NCBI GenBank assembly: GCA_951406725.2
Contig: OX597835.1
Location: 42,966,001-43,030,000, forward strand
DNA: 64,000 nucleotides
Source of the DNA: Octopus vulgaris
Lineage: Eukaryota
Reading direction: 5' to 3'
Shown piece after piece: positions 1 to 14,435 of this stretch. The notes under the pieces were generated by a model. The model was given only the letters and a program-made list of their open reading frames with translations, made no database searches and had not been told where the DNA came from. Position 1 is the first letter of the stretch. Each line of letters starts with the position of its first letter. A program made the position numbers and the translations under genes.

Positions 1-56
1 GACCAAAGCCTTGTGAGTGGATTTGGTAGATGGATGGAAACAGAAAGAAGCCCGTC

Positions 57-131
<75 letters not shown>

Positions 132-365
132 CGTGTGTGTGTATACGTTTGTGTGTCTGTGTTTGTCCCTCCGACATCGCTTGACAACCAATGGTGGTGT
201 GTTTACATCCTCATAACTTAGCGGTTCGGCAAAAGAGACCGATAGAATAAGTACTAGGCTTCCAAAGAATAAGTCCCGGGGTCGATTTGTTCGACTAAAG
301 GCGGTGCTCCAGCATGGCCACAGTCAAATGACTGAAACAAGTAAAAGAGTAAAAGAGAGTAAAGA
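1..365 (+). mobile_element. SINE A, cut by window edge
   Basis: Same body and tail as 6747-7155. Confidence 0.85.
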
Positions 366-618
366 GACCAAAATCCATTGCTGCTTGGCACTCCCCCCTC
401 AAGATTCTTCTGAGAGTCGGCTGCCAATTTTCGCAACCAACTGATGTACAAAGACTGCAATAACATAAGAAAGATTGTCTCTTCTATCAGCTTGTGGCAC
501 CACCATTCGGTTTCTGTGATAAAGAGGAGATAATCACTCCAAAATGCTTGCATCTTACAGTCTGGATAGGTGGCGCTGCCAGCTGATTTTGGTGTGTTTA
601 CACCATTTGTCTACAGTA

Positions 619-932
619 TTGGTTCCCAAATTTTTTTTTCAGGCTGCAGCCCCCTTGGTTCTAAGGTCATATTCCTAGTGCCCCTCCCCCACCCCACTCA
701 CCATCACTAACATACCCTATTTCCCATGGCAAATTCAAAACAACAATATTTCACAAATAAATCTTAACCTATTTAACTCTTTATTTTGTTTTTTTTGTTG
801 TTTTTTTTTTACATCCATTGCCCCATTTTGGTCACCTCATTATCGACCCATCATTCTTCAACACCCCCTGGACCTTTCCACTACCCCAAGGGTGGTGGGA
901 AGGGGCAGAACCACCCACTTTGGGACTCACTG
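619..932. mobile_element. Decayed hAT-like MITE
   Basis: Ends TTGGTTCCCAAA / TTTGGGACTCACTG resemble CAGTGGTTCCCAAA-type TIRs. Confidence 0.35.
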
Positions 933-1368
933 GCAAGAAATTTTCTCCATGGCAAAACACAGTGTGAATGGCCTGTGTTTTACACATTCAAACTTGCCAC
1001 TGGGCAGATTTGAGCTGATTGCATTTATATACTGAGTTCAAATCCTGCTGAAGTCAACTTCCACCTTCCATCTTTCTGGGGTCGATAAATTAAAGGACCA
1101 GTCAAGCACTTTAAGTCAATGATATCAACCAACCCAGTGCCCCACACCCTGAAAAATATTGCCGGCCTTGTGTCTAAATCAGAAGTTATTGTTTGTTCTT
1201 GTCTTTGTTGTTTTTATTGTTGTCACTTATGTTATCACCATTGTCGTTACTATTATTAATATTATTATTTTTGTTGTTGTTGCTGTTGTTTTGTTGCTTG
1301 TTTGTTTTGTTATTGCTGTTTGCAGATATTTATCTCCTTTCTCTGCAATGAGTCAGCAACAAACAAAC

Positions 1369-1870
1369 CACCACCACCACCACCATCCACCACCACCACC
1401 ACCACCACCACCACCACCACCACCATCCACCACCACCATCCATCACCATCCACCATCATCCACCACCACCACCACCATCCTCCAACACCACCACCATCCA
1501 CCACCACCACCACCACCACCACCACCACCACCATCCTCCACCACCATCCACCACCATCCACCACCACCACCACCACCATCCACCACCACCACCACCATCC
1601 ACCACCACCACCACCATCCACCATCCTTCACCACCACCACAACCATCCACCACCAGCACCACCATCCACCACCACCACCACCATCCACCACCACCACCAC
1701 CACCACCACCATCCACCACCACTGTCAACAACAATGATAATAATGACAACATCATCATCACTCCCCACCACCATCCTCCACCACCACCACCATCCTCCAC
1801 CACCACCATCACCATCTCCACCACCACTGTCACCATCATCAACTGCATCATCAACAGCATCAACTGCAGT
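1369..1870. repeat. (CAC/CAT)n low-complexity tract
   Basis: Direct reading. Confidence 0.95.
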
Positions 1871-2703
1871 GCATCAACTGCAGTTTGGAGGTAATTGTTA
1901 ACGATGTAATTAGCTGTTTGTTATAATTAATCTCTCTCAAGACGACACAATATACTCATAGAATTGATGCAACATGCAATGTGCGACATGCAACAGGTGC
2001 ATTGGTGCACTTTTAATTACTGCAGCAAGTAACGCTGGTGCAGCGGGGGGGGGGGGGTAACACTGCATTCTGACAGATATGTCTATAATTGCACCCCACC
2101 TCTTTCTCTCTCTCACACACATACAAATTCACACACACACACATATTATCACACATACAAATTCACACACACACACATATCATCACACACACATACACAC
2201 ATATTCACACACATACAAATTCACACACACACACATATTCACACATACAAATTCACACACACACACACACATATTCACACACATACACACACATACAATC
2301 TTACACATTCTTTCAAACGCATCTCATAAACACATACATGCTTTTTCATACACTCACGCACTCACCTAACATACTTTCTCACACACACACACACACACAC
2401 ACACATGCATATGCTCACATACTATCTCATACACACTCTTGTACACACACTCACAGCCACACAAATATACTCTCCCATACACATCTCAATCTCACACACA
2501 CACACACATACATTCAGACAGACACATGCTTCCTTACACTCACACACACATATACACGTTCTTTCTCTCTCTCTCTCGTATACACTCACACACACACACA
2601 GACACACACACAAACAGTCTACCAACACTTCAATGTACATCACTGTACATAAATCCCCTCACTAAACAAGGTTTTGAAACTTGTCTCTGTATGTATGTAT
2701 GTA

Positions 2704-2734
<31 letters not shown>

Positions 2735-3593
2735 ATACGTTTGTGTGTCTGTGTTTGTCTCCCCAACATCGCTTGACAACCGATGCTCGTGTGTTTACAT
2801 CCCCGTAACTTAGCAGTTCGGCAAAAGAGACCAATAGAATAAGTACCAGGCTTACAAAGAATAAGTCCTGGGATCGATTTGGTCGACTAAAGGCAGTGCT
2901 CCAGCATGGCCACAGTCAAATGACTGAAACAAGTAAAAGAGTAAAAGAGAGTAAAGAGATAATCAATAATAATGGATGGAAAACAAATGGTGAGTAAGAG
3001 TTGATAGTTAACAGAAAGGAGGCAGTTATAGATGATCAATGGATGGTCATAAATGATAGATGGTCAATAGATAATCCATAGCAAGAGAGGATCAATACAT
3101 GGCCAGTATTAATAGGTGTTCAATAGACGGTCAATAACAATAGATGATAAGAAGATGAGCTTAAATAGCAGTTCATAGATAAACTGCAGTAACAGGGGAT
3201 CAATACATGGCCAGTATTAATAGGTGGTCTGTGATTCTTGATGGTCATTCAAAAAGATAATGAAAGGTCCTTCTTAAGCCATAGGCTCATAAAGCTGCTT
3301 CCTGGATTCTTAGAGACATATATTTGTCGCTGGATGGGATGCCAGTCCATCAAGGATAACTTGTTTATGCTAGCTGAGTGGACTAAAGCAATGTGAAATG
3401 AAGTGTCTTGCTCAAGAACACAACACATTGCCTAGTCTGGGAACTGAAACCACAAACTTACAATCACGAGCGCAACACCCTGACCACTAAGCCATGCACC
3501 TCCCCAGATGGTCAACAGATGAACAGTAGATGGCCAGTAGTAATAAATGGTCAGTAGATTGTCAGTAACATACATCTGAATTTACTTTCTCAG

Positions 3594-3953
3594 CCCTTTG
3601 GCATTTAAACTGACCATATCTGACCGAAATATTCTGCTCTTTGAAATCTCAAAGCTATGAGACAATTCCATGATTTATTCAAAACAATGTGAATAAAGAA
3701 TCATCAGGTTTAATGAGTGACCTGAATGCCAAAGTATTCAAGTTAAACCAGGATTAAACCAGGCCTATCCAGCCCAACTATTCAACCTGGCCAGATCTGG
3801 CCTTTCACGTTTATCCTACAATGTAATTTGAAAAAGAAACAATTGCATCATTGAAATTTGGAAGCTACAAGATAATGCATGATTTATCCAAAAAACCAAT
3901 GTGAATAAACAAGGATTACATTTGACAGAATAATCTGAATGCTAAACAGTTAA
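3594..3953 (-). mobile_element. Tandem decayed copies of MITE family P
   Basis: CCCTTTGGCATT start; ..TTACATTTGACAGAATAATCTGAATGCTAAA.. end; further copies at ~4492-4781. Confidence 0.55.
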
Positions 3954-4129
3954 ACCAGGGTTGGATTTTTCTTGGACGTGGCATAAAAAATAACCAATGT
4001 CTCAAAGGAGTGAGTGTCGTGGAGTTTAGTTATATCCAACAAACACTGAAGTTTTTCCCCAAATCCAGGGTTTTTATAACTGCTCAACTTGACTTTAAAG
4101 AATCAAAATCACATACAAATATTCTTTAA

Positions 4130-4349
4130 CCCTTTCGTTACCAACCCGGCTGAAACCGGCTCTGGCTCTGAGTACAAATGTCTTGTTTTCATAAGTTCTC
4201 AATTAAAATCTTCCACTAAACCTTAGTCACAATCTATGTTCCTAACACTAGCTGAATGATAATTAAGTTATTTTACTAAATTCTTTGTTATATTTGAAGT
4301 AATTGAAAGAAATACAGAGCATCTCAAAATAAATACAGTAATGAAAGGG
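4130..4349. mobile_element. piggyBac-type MITE
   Basis: TTAA|CCCTTTCGTTAC ... GTAATGAAAGGG|TTAA; a decayed relative lies at ~17186-17403. Confidence 0.8.
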
Positions 4350-5379
4350 TTAACTAATTCTTAGAATTCCTATGTGAGCAGTTATATTAACCAATGGAAA
4401 AATGACAATCATATTTCTACGGCAATACGACATTAAATCATATTGCCAGCTACCACAAATTGGCGCTATTATGTAGAAATGGCTAAATGGTTAAACCAGC
4501 CAGATCCAGCTCAAATATTCAGACCTGTTTTATGTGCCAGCCTCTCACACCGACCCTACAATAACATCACCGGAATCTCAAAGTTACAAGATAATGCATG
4601 ATTAATTCAAATCAATCTGAATAAATAAGGATTACATTTGACAGAATAATCTGAATGCTAAAGGGTCAAACTGGCCATTTCCAACCCAGATATTCCACCT
4701 GTTTTATGTTCAAATCAGCTAGATTCTACCTCTTACACCTACCCTACAATGTCATTCTAATCTGCATGCTAAAATGTTAATTCCATGTTCCCTAGTCATA
4801 TTTGAACCTGTATCACTTGATTTCCTCTCCTATATTTTAGATATGTTACATTTAATAATACTTCAAGGATTTATTTCTAGAATTCAATAGAGAGAACAGA
4901 TATTGCTTCTCTTTTTTAATTTCTTAACTTCTGTCATCTTTAGAGATTAAAGGATTTGCCTTTTGCATTAATCTGGTTTTCTTTCATTTCCGATTCTTTG
5001 ACATAATCTTTTGTAGCTCTCTCTCTCCCATCTCTCTCTCTCCATATCTCTCTCTCTCCATATCTCTCTCTTTGTCTCCCACCTTGCTCACATACACCCC
5101 TCTCTCTTCCTCTCTCTTTCTATCTCTCCCTCTCCTTCACTTTCCCTCTCCCCACTCCCTTTATCTCTCTCTCTCTTTCACACACACACACACACCCACA
5201 CACTTCTCCCCTCTAATGGATTCCTCCATATTATTTTCTCGTTCTTACTTCATTCTTGATAAATCCGCAATCATCAACAAATACGGATTTACATTCAAAC
5301 AGAACATTGATGCGGATACAAAACAAACAGGAAATCACTAAATAACCATTATTATCATTACTCTTCTTCTTATTATTAT

Positions 5380-5417
<38 letters not shown>

Positions 5418-5535
5418 TTATTATTATTTTTTTTTTCTTCTTTCAAATTTGCTTCCATTTCTTGCCGAGTGTCTTCCCGACTCCTAGGGCAAAGAAACTC
5501 ATAGTATACATTGGTAGGCCATTAAACCAAACTCA

Positions 5536-5576
<41 letters not shown>

Positions 5577-5577
5577 C

Positions 5578-6420
5578 ATTACCTCCGCCTTCGCTAAGGC
5601 ACAGATATTGTTTTCAGTCGTGTTTGTTTGTTTGTTTGTCTGTGGACAAGATATCTCAAGAACCCCTGGATGGATTCAGTTGAAACTTTCAGGGATGTTT
5701 GGGCTCGTGACTGGCACAATCTGATTAGATTTCGGGATTGATCTGGTACCAGACAAGGATTCTGGATTGTTTTTTTCTGTGTTTTTTTTTACTTAAGTTT
5801 TGAGAGCGGTCAGGTTCATTTTTAGTATTCTCGTTTGTGAGAGCAGTCAAGTTTGTTTCAGATATTCTCATTTTAAAAATCATCTCCGCTTAATCATTGA
5901 GATGACTTTGGTGTCTTCTTCTTCTTCCAGCCAGGACTCACGCCATTAGCCACAAAGAATAATCTCTAATTCGAGCCTCCTCTAAGCTACTAAGAATGCG
6001 TGTGGCAACTTGAAGATCCACCCACCACACGCGATAGACTGGTGGTTATCCTCATTCCGTAAATGGTGGCTTTTAACGGGTAGAGAGCTGAACCATCCTG
6101 GAGTACAGAGGATTTGCAATCTAGACTAGGCTCTGAAAGTTTACCACACCATAGTGGGTTACACCATGATTCCTCTGCTTTGTAGCAGAAGTAGGAAGAA
6201 AGAGGGGAAGTTGTGGTGAAAGAGTACAGTGGGGTTCACCGCTACGCCGGAACTTCATGGAGCTTAGGTGTTTTTGCTCAATAAACACTCACAATGCCCA
6301 GTCTGGGAATCGAAACCACATTCTTACGACTGCGAGTCCACTGCCCTAAGCACTGGGCCATTGCGCCTCCACAGACGTTGGTGTTGTCTTGGCGGAGGTT
6401 TGCGCTCTCTGAATGCTCTT
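5578..6420 (+). mobile_element. Helentron-associated (HINE/DINE-like) non-autonomous element with nested inserts
   Basis: Subterminal inverted repeat ACCTCCGCC (5580) / GGCGGAGGT (6391), internal (GTTT)n, 3' GCGCTCTCTGAATGC hairpin-like end; interrupted ~5915-6375. Confidence 0.55.
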
Positions 6421-6694
6421 ATTATTATTGTTATTATTGTTGTTTTCTAATACTTGGCACTGTGTACAGATCTGTCTTTTCAGACTGCCATTAATAGAAC
6501 GACTACACTTATTACCCTGATAGGCAGACATAACATTCCTTATTATTAATTTGATTTAGTCTGTTTCCTTGGGTAGTTAACCTGACTATCCTCAGAAGGG
6601 TGAACCTATTTACAGGTTGAACATTTCAACAGTTTACTGACCATCCCTACGGAATTTCCTCTCCTCTCACATCACTTTTAAATTTTGCATGTCC

Positions 6695-7327
6695 AACCCG
6701 TTAGTATTCAGATTTCTGTCACATGTAATCCTTATTAATTCACATAGGCGCAGGAGTGGCTGTGTGGTAAGTAGCTTGTTTACCAACCACATGGTTTCGG
6801 GTTCAGTCCCACTGCGTGGCACCTTGGGCAAGTGTCTTCTACTATAGCCTCCAGCTGACCAAAGCCTTGTGAGTGGATTTGGTAGGCGGAAACTGAAAGA
6901 AGCCCGTCGTATATATGTATATATATATATATTCGTGTGTGTGTTTGTGTGTCTGTGTTTGTCCCCCTAGCATTGCTTGACAACCAATGCTGGTGTGTTT
7001 ACGTCCCCGTTACTTAGCGGTTCGGCAAAAGAGACCGATAGAATAAGTACTGGGCTTACAAAAGAATAAGTCCCGGAGTCGAGTTGCTCGATTAAAAGGC
7101 GGTGCTCCAGCATGGCCGCAGTCAAATGACTGAAACAAGTAAAAGGGTAAAAGAGTATTGTTTCAAATTTATCCTGCATTATCTCGTAACCTCAAGAACT
7201 CGATGATGTGATTGTTTATGTTCAAAATGACATTGTAGGGTAAGTGTGAGATGTCAGATCAGGCCAGTTTGAACTTAAAACAGAATATTTCGGCTGGGTG
7301 TGGCCAGTTCAAATGCTAAAGTGTTAA
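6695..7327 (+). mobile_element. TTAA-type MITE family P (TIR ~CCCTTTAGCATT), split by SINE A
   Basis: AACCCGTTAGTATTCAGATT..; 3' end AATGCTAAAGTG|TTAA; other copies at 7670-8178 and 43199-43747. Confidence 0.65.
6747..7155 (+). mobile_element. SINE family A (tRNA-like head, internal (TA)n(TG)n, (AGTAAAAG)n tail), full copy
   Basis: A-box-like TGGCTGTGTGG, B-box-like GGTTCAGTCCC; about 25 further full or partial copies in the window. Confidence 0.85.
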
Positions 7328-7719
7328 CATGAACTATTACAACATGGAAGACACACATATTAGTTATTCCTAAACACCACAAAGACTTAAACATTTATTA
7401 TTCAGAGTCAACATTTCCACCACACCAACTGCAACCTGGTTACCGATGCAGTTCTGTTGGGACATAACAGAATCTTGTCAGAGACAAAGTCACAGCTGAA
7501 GCAACTAAAATTTTGACACTGAATAATAAATATTGGAGTGAAGTTAACAGACTTTATGTGTTTTTTGAATGGCTAATATCTCTGTTTTCCAAGATGTAAC
7601 TGTTTCAGTTTCAACACATAGTCTTAGACCAAACTCTTTGCCTGAGAAGTACATCTTTGAAATAGTTAACCCTTCAAGCATTCAGTTTGCTCTCAAATGT
7701 AATGCTTATATATTACACA

Positions 7720-8083
7720 CTAGCACTATGACCCAGCAACGCCGGGTCATAGTGCTAGTGCATGCATATACAGCCACGTGCGTGCACACATACACGCAGG
7801 TACTGTCCAAATCTCCAACCAATCACATACAGCTAGCTGGCATTCAATTGGCGTATCACGTTTCGGGCATTTTGATTGGGTTTTGGATAGAAAATTCACA
7901 AAAAAGTCACTTCTATTGATTTTTTAATGGCTTTGCAGGGTGACTGAGGAAATGTAAAGATGTGCACGACCACCCTTGGATGGTTTTGAATGACCATAGA
8001 AAGTGTGAGCCTTCTAACTGAAAAATTGTGGATTTGTATAAAGGACACACACACAGACATTTTGCCTTTTATATATAGAGAGA
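7720..8083 (-). mobile_element. Non-autonomous Helitron-like element, copy 1
   Basis: Minus strand starts TC(TCTCTATATATAAAA) and ends hairpin+CTAG; inserted between A and T with no TSD inside a MITE. Confidence 0.75.
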
Positions 8084-8814
8084 TTATTTTGAATTAGTCC
8101 CACATTCTCTCATAGCTTCAAGATTTTGAAGTGATGGCATTTTTTTTTCTAGAATGACATCATAAGGTAGGTGTGTTGTTATTTGTTCCTTCTTGAGCCA
8201 TGCCTGGCTCATAAGGGCCGGTTCCCCAGTTTCATTGGCATATAGGTTCCCCACCTGGATGGGACACCTGTCCGTTGCAGGTGAGCTGTTAGATGCAAGA
8301 GGAAAGAGAGAGACAAAGTTGTGGCGAAAGAGACAGTAGAAGTTCGTCATTACCTTCTGCCAGAACCACATGGAGCTTAGATGTTTTGCTTATAAACACA
8401 CACATTGCCTGGTCTGAGATTCAAACCCACAATTCCTCAACCACGAGTCTACTGCTCTAACCACTAGGCCATGTGCCTCCACATTGTAAGTGTACAAGGC
8501 CATTATTATTATCATGGACAGGTTCCAACCTGGGCCATAGCAACTAAGTACACCTGCCTCACTCCTCAGTCTAGTATCCTTGCCTCAAGGTCCTGAATAC
8601 ATTCCAGGCCAGTGTCTACAATTAAATTGTCAATGTAAGTGTTACAGTTTTCTTTTCTTAGATCATCATGAAGTGGGTCCCCACAAGACTAATTTAGATG
8701 CTTCCAATTCAGGGTGGTGCATGCAGTGACCAGATAGTCCCAGCCATCCTTACCTGATATTCTTGCTAACTTTTGGCAGGTTTCCATAAGTCATTCGTTT
8801 TTCATACGATGCTG

Positions 8815-8920
8815 TCATTTCACATTTAAGGCCATTAATAGCATCCTTTTGTAGCATCCATCTAATCCATTTGATAATTTTTTTGTCAGTGTCCATGTTT
8901 CACTGCCATATAAGGACACA
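8815..8920 (-). pseudogene. Short RTE-like LINE fragment
   Basis: LYGSETWTLTKKLSNGLDGCYKRMLLMALNV. Confidence 0.6.
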
Positions 8921-9621
8921 GATTGATGGCTGTGTGGTAAGAAGTTTGTTTCCCAACTACATGGTTCCAGGTTCAGTCCCACTGCATGGCACCTTGGGCA
9001 AGTATATTGTACTATAAGCTGCAGGCCAACCAAAGCCTTGTGAATGGATTTGGTAGATGGAAACTGAATGAAGCCCATTATATATGAACCCCTTTGGACA
9101 TGAATGACCATGAGATTGCAACTAGAAAGTTCCCCTCCGAGGTATAAGTCTGGGCAGGTTTGTGCTATGGAAGACCAGCAGTCGCCCATGCATACAAAAC
9201 TTCCCTTTCCACACCACTGATGCTATCCAAAGGAAAGCCCAAAAGCCGATACAACTTCGCACCAGAGACATCGCAGCTCATTTCTACAGCTGAGTGAAAT
9301 GGACCAACGTGAAATAAAGTGTCTTGCTCAAGATCACAACACACAACCCAGTCCAGGATTCGAACTCACTATCTCATGATTGTGATGCTGATGCTCTAAC
9401 CACTGAGCCACCATGAACCTTCACATCCTGATCATATATATATATATATATATAAAATGAGATAGGGGTTGAAAATTCAACCCACCATGGGATAACATAT
9501 ATCCAATATACTGCTAGAGAGGTACCCAACAAGACTAATACATAAATGTTAAAAATTGCCATGCAATTAGTTCATTTACTGTATTATGTGGGCAAGGGTA
9601 AAAATATTACTGTAAATTAAT

Positions 9622-9792
9622 AATACAAAATTAGAAAATGGAGAAACATACTTAAATCAATCAAACATCAACCATCAAATGATACCCAATCAATACTTTA
9701 TTACACCGGTGTAATAAAGTATTGATTGGGTATCATTTGATGTTGATGTTTGATTGATTTAAGTATGTTTCTCCATTTTCTAATTTTGTATT
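9622..9792. repeat. Near-perfect spacerless palindrome (~85-bp arms) in a (TA)n-flanked insert (9452-9792)
   Basis: Centre ...TTTATTACACC|GGTGTAATAAA... at 9707/9708; arms are reverse complements apart from a 1-nt indel. Confidence 0.9.
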
Positions 9793-10255
9793 TATATATA
9801 TATATATATATGTCATCATCATCATCATCATCATCGTTTAACGTCCGTTTTCCATGCTAGCATGGGTTGGACGGTTCGACCAGGGTCTGGGAAGCCAGAA
9901 GGCTGCACCAGGCTCCAGTCTAATCTGGCAGTGTTTCTACAGCTGGATGCCCTTCATAACGCCAACAACACACATATTGCCGGTCTGAGATTCGAACCTA
10001 CGATCCTTCAACCACAAGTATATATATATATACAAAACATCTAAGCTCCATCTAGCAAAACATCTAAGCCCCACGCGGCTCCAGCAGAAGGTAATGGTGA
10101 ACTTCTGCTGACTCTTTCACCACAACTTTCTCTCACTCTTTCCTCCTGCATCTTGCAGCTCACCTGTGATGGACCGGCATCCCGTCCAGGTGGGGAATCT
10201 ATATGCCAAGGAAACCGGGAAACCTAATGAACCAGGCATGGCTCGAGAAGGAACA

Positions 10256-10317
<62 letters not shown>

Positions 10318-10361
10318 ATGTATATATATATATATATATATGTATGTATATATATATATAT

Positions 10362-10421
<60 letters not shown>

Positions 10422-11024
10422 GTATATATATCATCATCATCATCATTGTCTTCATCAACAGTTAATGTTGGTTTTCGATGCTGGTATGAGTTAGATGGTT
10501 TGACAGTAACGGGCGAGGCCAGGGGCCACATGAGGTCCCATCATCTGTTCTGGCTTAGTTTCTTCAGCTGGATGCCCTTCCAAACAGCAACCACTCCACA
10601 GAGTGTACTGGGTGCTTTTTACATGGCACCTTCACCAGTGCTTTGTTGTGTGGCACCAGCACCCACATCAATGCTTTTTATGTGGAACCTTAGTTTTAGG
10701 ATCTCATTTCCATTGTGGTGGGCGAATACACAAACACGTGTGTGTGTGTGAGTGCGCAGGTGTGTGTATTAATGCGTACCCTTATCTTGACATGTGTGTG
10801 ATGCCTGTAAAAGGAACATCACCATCATACAAGTGGTGTTGTTTGTTTCCAGTCTTCCATGGAAAACATGCTTGGCCAAGGAGAAAAATATTACCGGAGT
10901 GGTAAACAGGTGAGGGTTGGCAACAGGGAGAGCATCCAGCCGAGAGAAAATCAGCCTCAATTAACTTCATCTGAGCCATGAAGGCATAGAAAAGCAGGCG
11001 TACTATAATGATGATAACGAGATA

Positions 11025-11027
11025 TGC

Positions 11028-11059
<32 letters not shown>

Positions 11060-11109
11060 GTGTGTGTTGTGTGTGTGTGTGTGTGTGTGTGTGAGTGTGT
11101 GTGTGTGTG

Positions 11110-11174
<65 letters not shown>

Positions 11175-11452
11175 GTGTGTATGTGTGTGTGTGTGTGTGT
11201 GTTTGTTTGTGTGTGTGTTGTGTGTGTGTGTGCACGTGTGTGTTTGTGTGTGTGTGTGTTTGTGTGTGTTGTGTGTGTGTGTGTGTATGTTGTGTGTGTG
11301 TATGTGTGTGTACTGTGTGTTGTGTGTGTGTGTGTGTGTTGTGTGTGTGTGTGTTGTGTGTGTGTGTGTGTGTTGTGTGTGTGTGTGTGTGTGCATGTGT
11401 TGTGTGTGTGTGTTGTGCATGTGCGTGTGTACGTGCATGTGTGTGTGTTGTG

Positions 11453-11508
<56 letters not shown>
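11025..11508. repeat. (TG)n microsatellite, ~480 bp
   Basis: Direct reading. Confidence 0.95.
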
Positions 11509-11509
<1 letters not shown>

Positions 11510-11870
11510 TGAAGCCTCTGTCCAGTGACACGTTTCTCACAGTGTTTCCTTGCTCCACCGTTTAAATTCTGACATTTGTTTCTCTGCAGTTTTTATTTAC
11601 GTTTCTTTTCCTTTTTTTCTTGGCAATATTTGAAAGCCCATATTCGGATATGGCTAACTCCGTCCACATTGTTCTATTGAATCTTCGATCTGTTCAGCTT
11701 CAAAAAGATTCCATCAACCTTTCCGATGTTTTTACTCATTTGTCAAGATCAGCCGAGCAAAACAAACGGCCTTTCAACATGAATCATTTAAAAATTTTAA
11801 CCAATGATAACGTTTATATACATAAAGTATGTGTGTATACATATACATGCATATGTAGATACATAATACA

Positions 11871-11950
<80 letters not shown>

Positions 11951-12012
11951 TACATATATACATATATACATATATATACATATACATATACAGATATATG
12001 TGTGTATGTATG

Positions 12013-12066
<54 letters not shown>

Positions 12067-12923
12067 CACACACATATATATGCATGCATGTATGTGTATC
12101 TATCTATATATATATATATATATACATACATACACATATATACATATATGTATGCATGTGTGTGTGTGTGTGTATATATATATGTATGTGTATGTATATA
12201 TATTTATGTATATGTACATATATGTATGTGTGTGTGGTATGATTATATATATATATATACATATATATATAAATATATTTTATTGCGGACATTAAACGAT
12301 GATGATGATGATACGCATACACACACATATGCATATGTATATATAAATGTATCTCAGATATTGGCCGATAAAGTCAGAATCAGACGGACTGCAGGCAGGA
12401 AGGGAAGAAGAAGAAGAAGAAGAGAAAGAGAGTGAGTGAGTGGTGGGATGTCAGACGTCTTTGGACAATTCCCGAAGACATTTCAATATTTAACCTTTCA
12501 GGTTGAAGAATTTTTCATAAACACTTCACGTGTTTAACATTTACAGACAGTTAGATGGAAAGGTCAGTTTTGGAGAGGACACAGTGCTTCAGTGGTACAG
12601 TAATACAATGGTTCAATGGTACGTTGGTATGGTACTACGGAGGTATACTGATACTTTGGTGGAGTGATAGAAGGGTATGAGACGTTTTGGCCCAGCCGTT
12701 TTTGGCAATGCTTATCTGTTGCCATGGATCCAGTGCCAATATATTTAACATCAGAGCTTTTAATACTCCTCACATTTTAATCTCTCCCTCCCTCTCTCTC
12801 TCCCACTCTCTCTCCCTCTCTCTCTCTCTCTCTCCCCTCTATCTATCTATCTATCTACCTATCTATATATCTACCTACCTATCTACCTACCTACCTACCT
12901 ACCTACCTACCTACCTACCTATA

Positions 12924-12977
<54 letters not shown>

Positions 12978-13002
12978 CCTATCTATCCATCTACCTACCT
13001 AC

Positions 13003-13049
<47 letters not shown>

Positions 13050-14014
13050 CCTATCTATCTATCTATCTATCTATATATCTATCTACCTACCTACCTATAT
13101 ATCTATCTATCTACCTATCTATCTATCTATCTATCTATCTTTGTTTATGTGTGAGAGTATATTTCTCTATATGTTTTTGAGGAGAGGGAAAATGTTTGTC
13201 AGTTGTGTTCAATTGATAAATTATAATATCTCCCTCCCCCTCTCTCTCTCTCTCTCTCACTCTCTCTCTCCCCCTCTCACTCTCTCTCTCTCTCTCCCTC
13301 TGTTTATGTGTGTAGTCATATTTCTTTCTATGCATATGAAGAGATGGAATGTGTTTATGTCAATCATGTTCAATTAATAAATTGTAAAGTCACCTTTCTA
13401 TCTGTCTGTCTGTCTCTCTCTCTCTCTCCTTCTCCCCTTTCTCTCTTTCTCTCTCCCTCCTCCCCTCTCTCTATATTCATCCGTGTGAGCATATTCCTCT
13501 TTATGCATCTGAAGAAAGGAAATGTTTGTAAATCATATTTCGTTTTTGGATTTGGTTTGCAAGGTTCTTTATGTGAGTTCATGTGTTGAAGCATATTCTG
13601 TTGTGTCTTATAATGTTGTGACTGTAATGCATAGTCTGCTGTGCCTTATAATGTAACACACTCATTGGTAAAATTTCCACTTTTTTCTTATTTTTATTCT
13701 CCTAAAATTTTCGTTGCATCTTGCAACCTTTACAGTTCAATTAATAAATTGTAGTCCCCTTCTTCCCCGCCCCCCCCCTCTCTCTCTCTTCTCTGTCTAT
13801 CTGCCGGCCTATCTTTCTCTCTCTCTCTCTCTCTGCCTCCCTAACTCTCAGTTTATGCGTGTGAGTATCTAGTTATATTTGTGCATGTGTGTGTGTGTGT
13901 GCATGTGTGTATGTGTGTGTGTATCTCTCTCTCTCTCACTCTTTCTATCTGTATGCAAATATTTATGCACACACATGCACGCCCACATAAGTGTGCATAC
14001 ACGTGTGTCTACAT

Positions 14015-14227
14015 ACTCTTTACTCTTTTACTTGTTTCAGTCATTTGACTGTGGCCATGCTGGAGCACCGCCTTTAGTCGAGCAAATCGACCCCGGGACT
14101 TATTCTTTGTAAGCCCAGTACTTATTCTATCGGTCTCTTTTGCCGAACCGCTAAGTGACAGGGATGTAAACACACCAGCATCGGTTGTCAAGCAATGCTA
14201 GAGGGACAAACAGACACACAAACATAT

Positions 14228-14270
<43 letters not shown>

Positions 14271-14435
14271 TACAACAGGCTTCTTTCAGTTTCCGTCTAC
14301 CAAATCTTCTCACAAGGCATTGGTCGGCCCGGGGCTATAGCAGAAGACACTTGCCCAAGATGCCACGTAGTGGGACTGAACCCGGAACCATGTGGCTAGT
14401 TAGCAAGCTACTTACCACACAGCCACTCCTGCGCC
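14015..14435 (-). mobile_element. SINE A full copy
   Basis: Reverse complement of the family A consensus. Confidence 0.85.

Noticed and set aside
1159-1901. Long His/Pro/Thr-rich ORFs (also 32126-33156, 36732-37265, 52533-53278, 57384-58092, 62613-63575)
   Set aside because: Trinucleotide or low-complexity tracts lacking stops in several frames; no domain signal.
11620-12435. 271-aa ORF and other YIYI/VCVC/THTH ORFs
   Set aside because: Dinucleotide microsatellite read-through.
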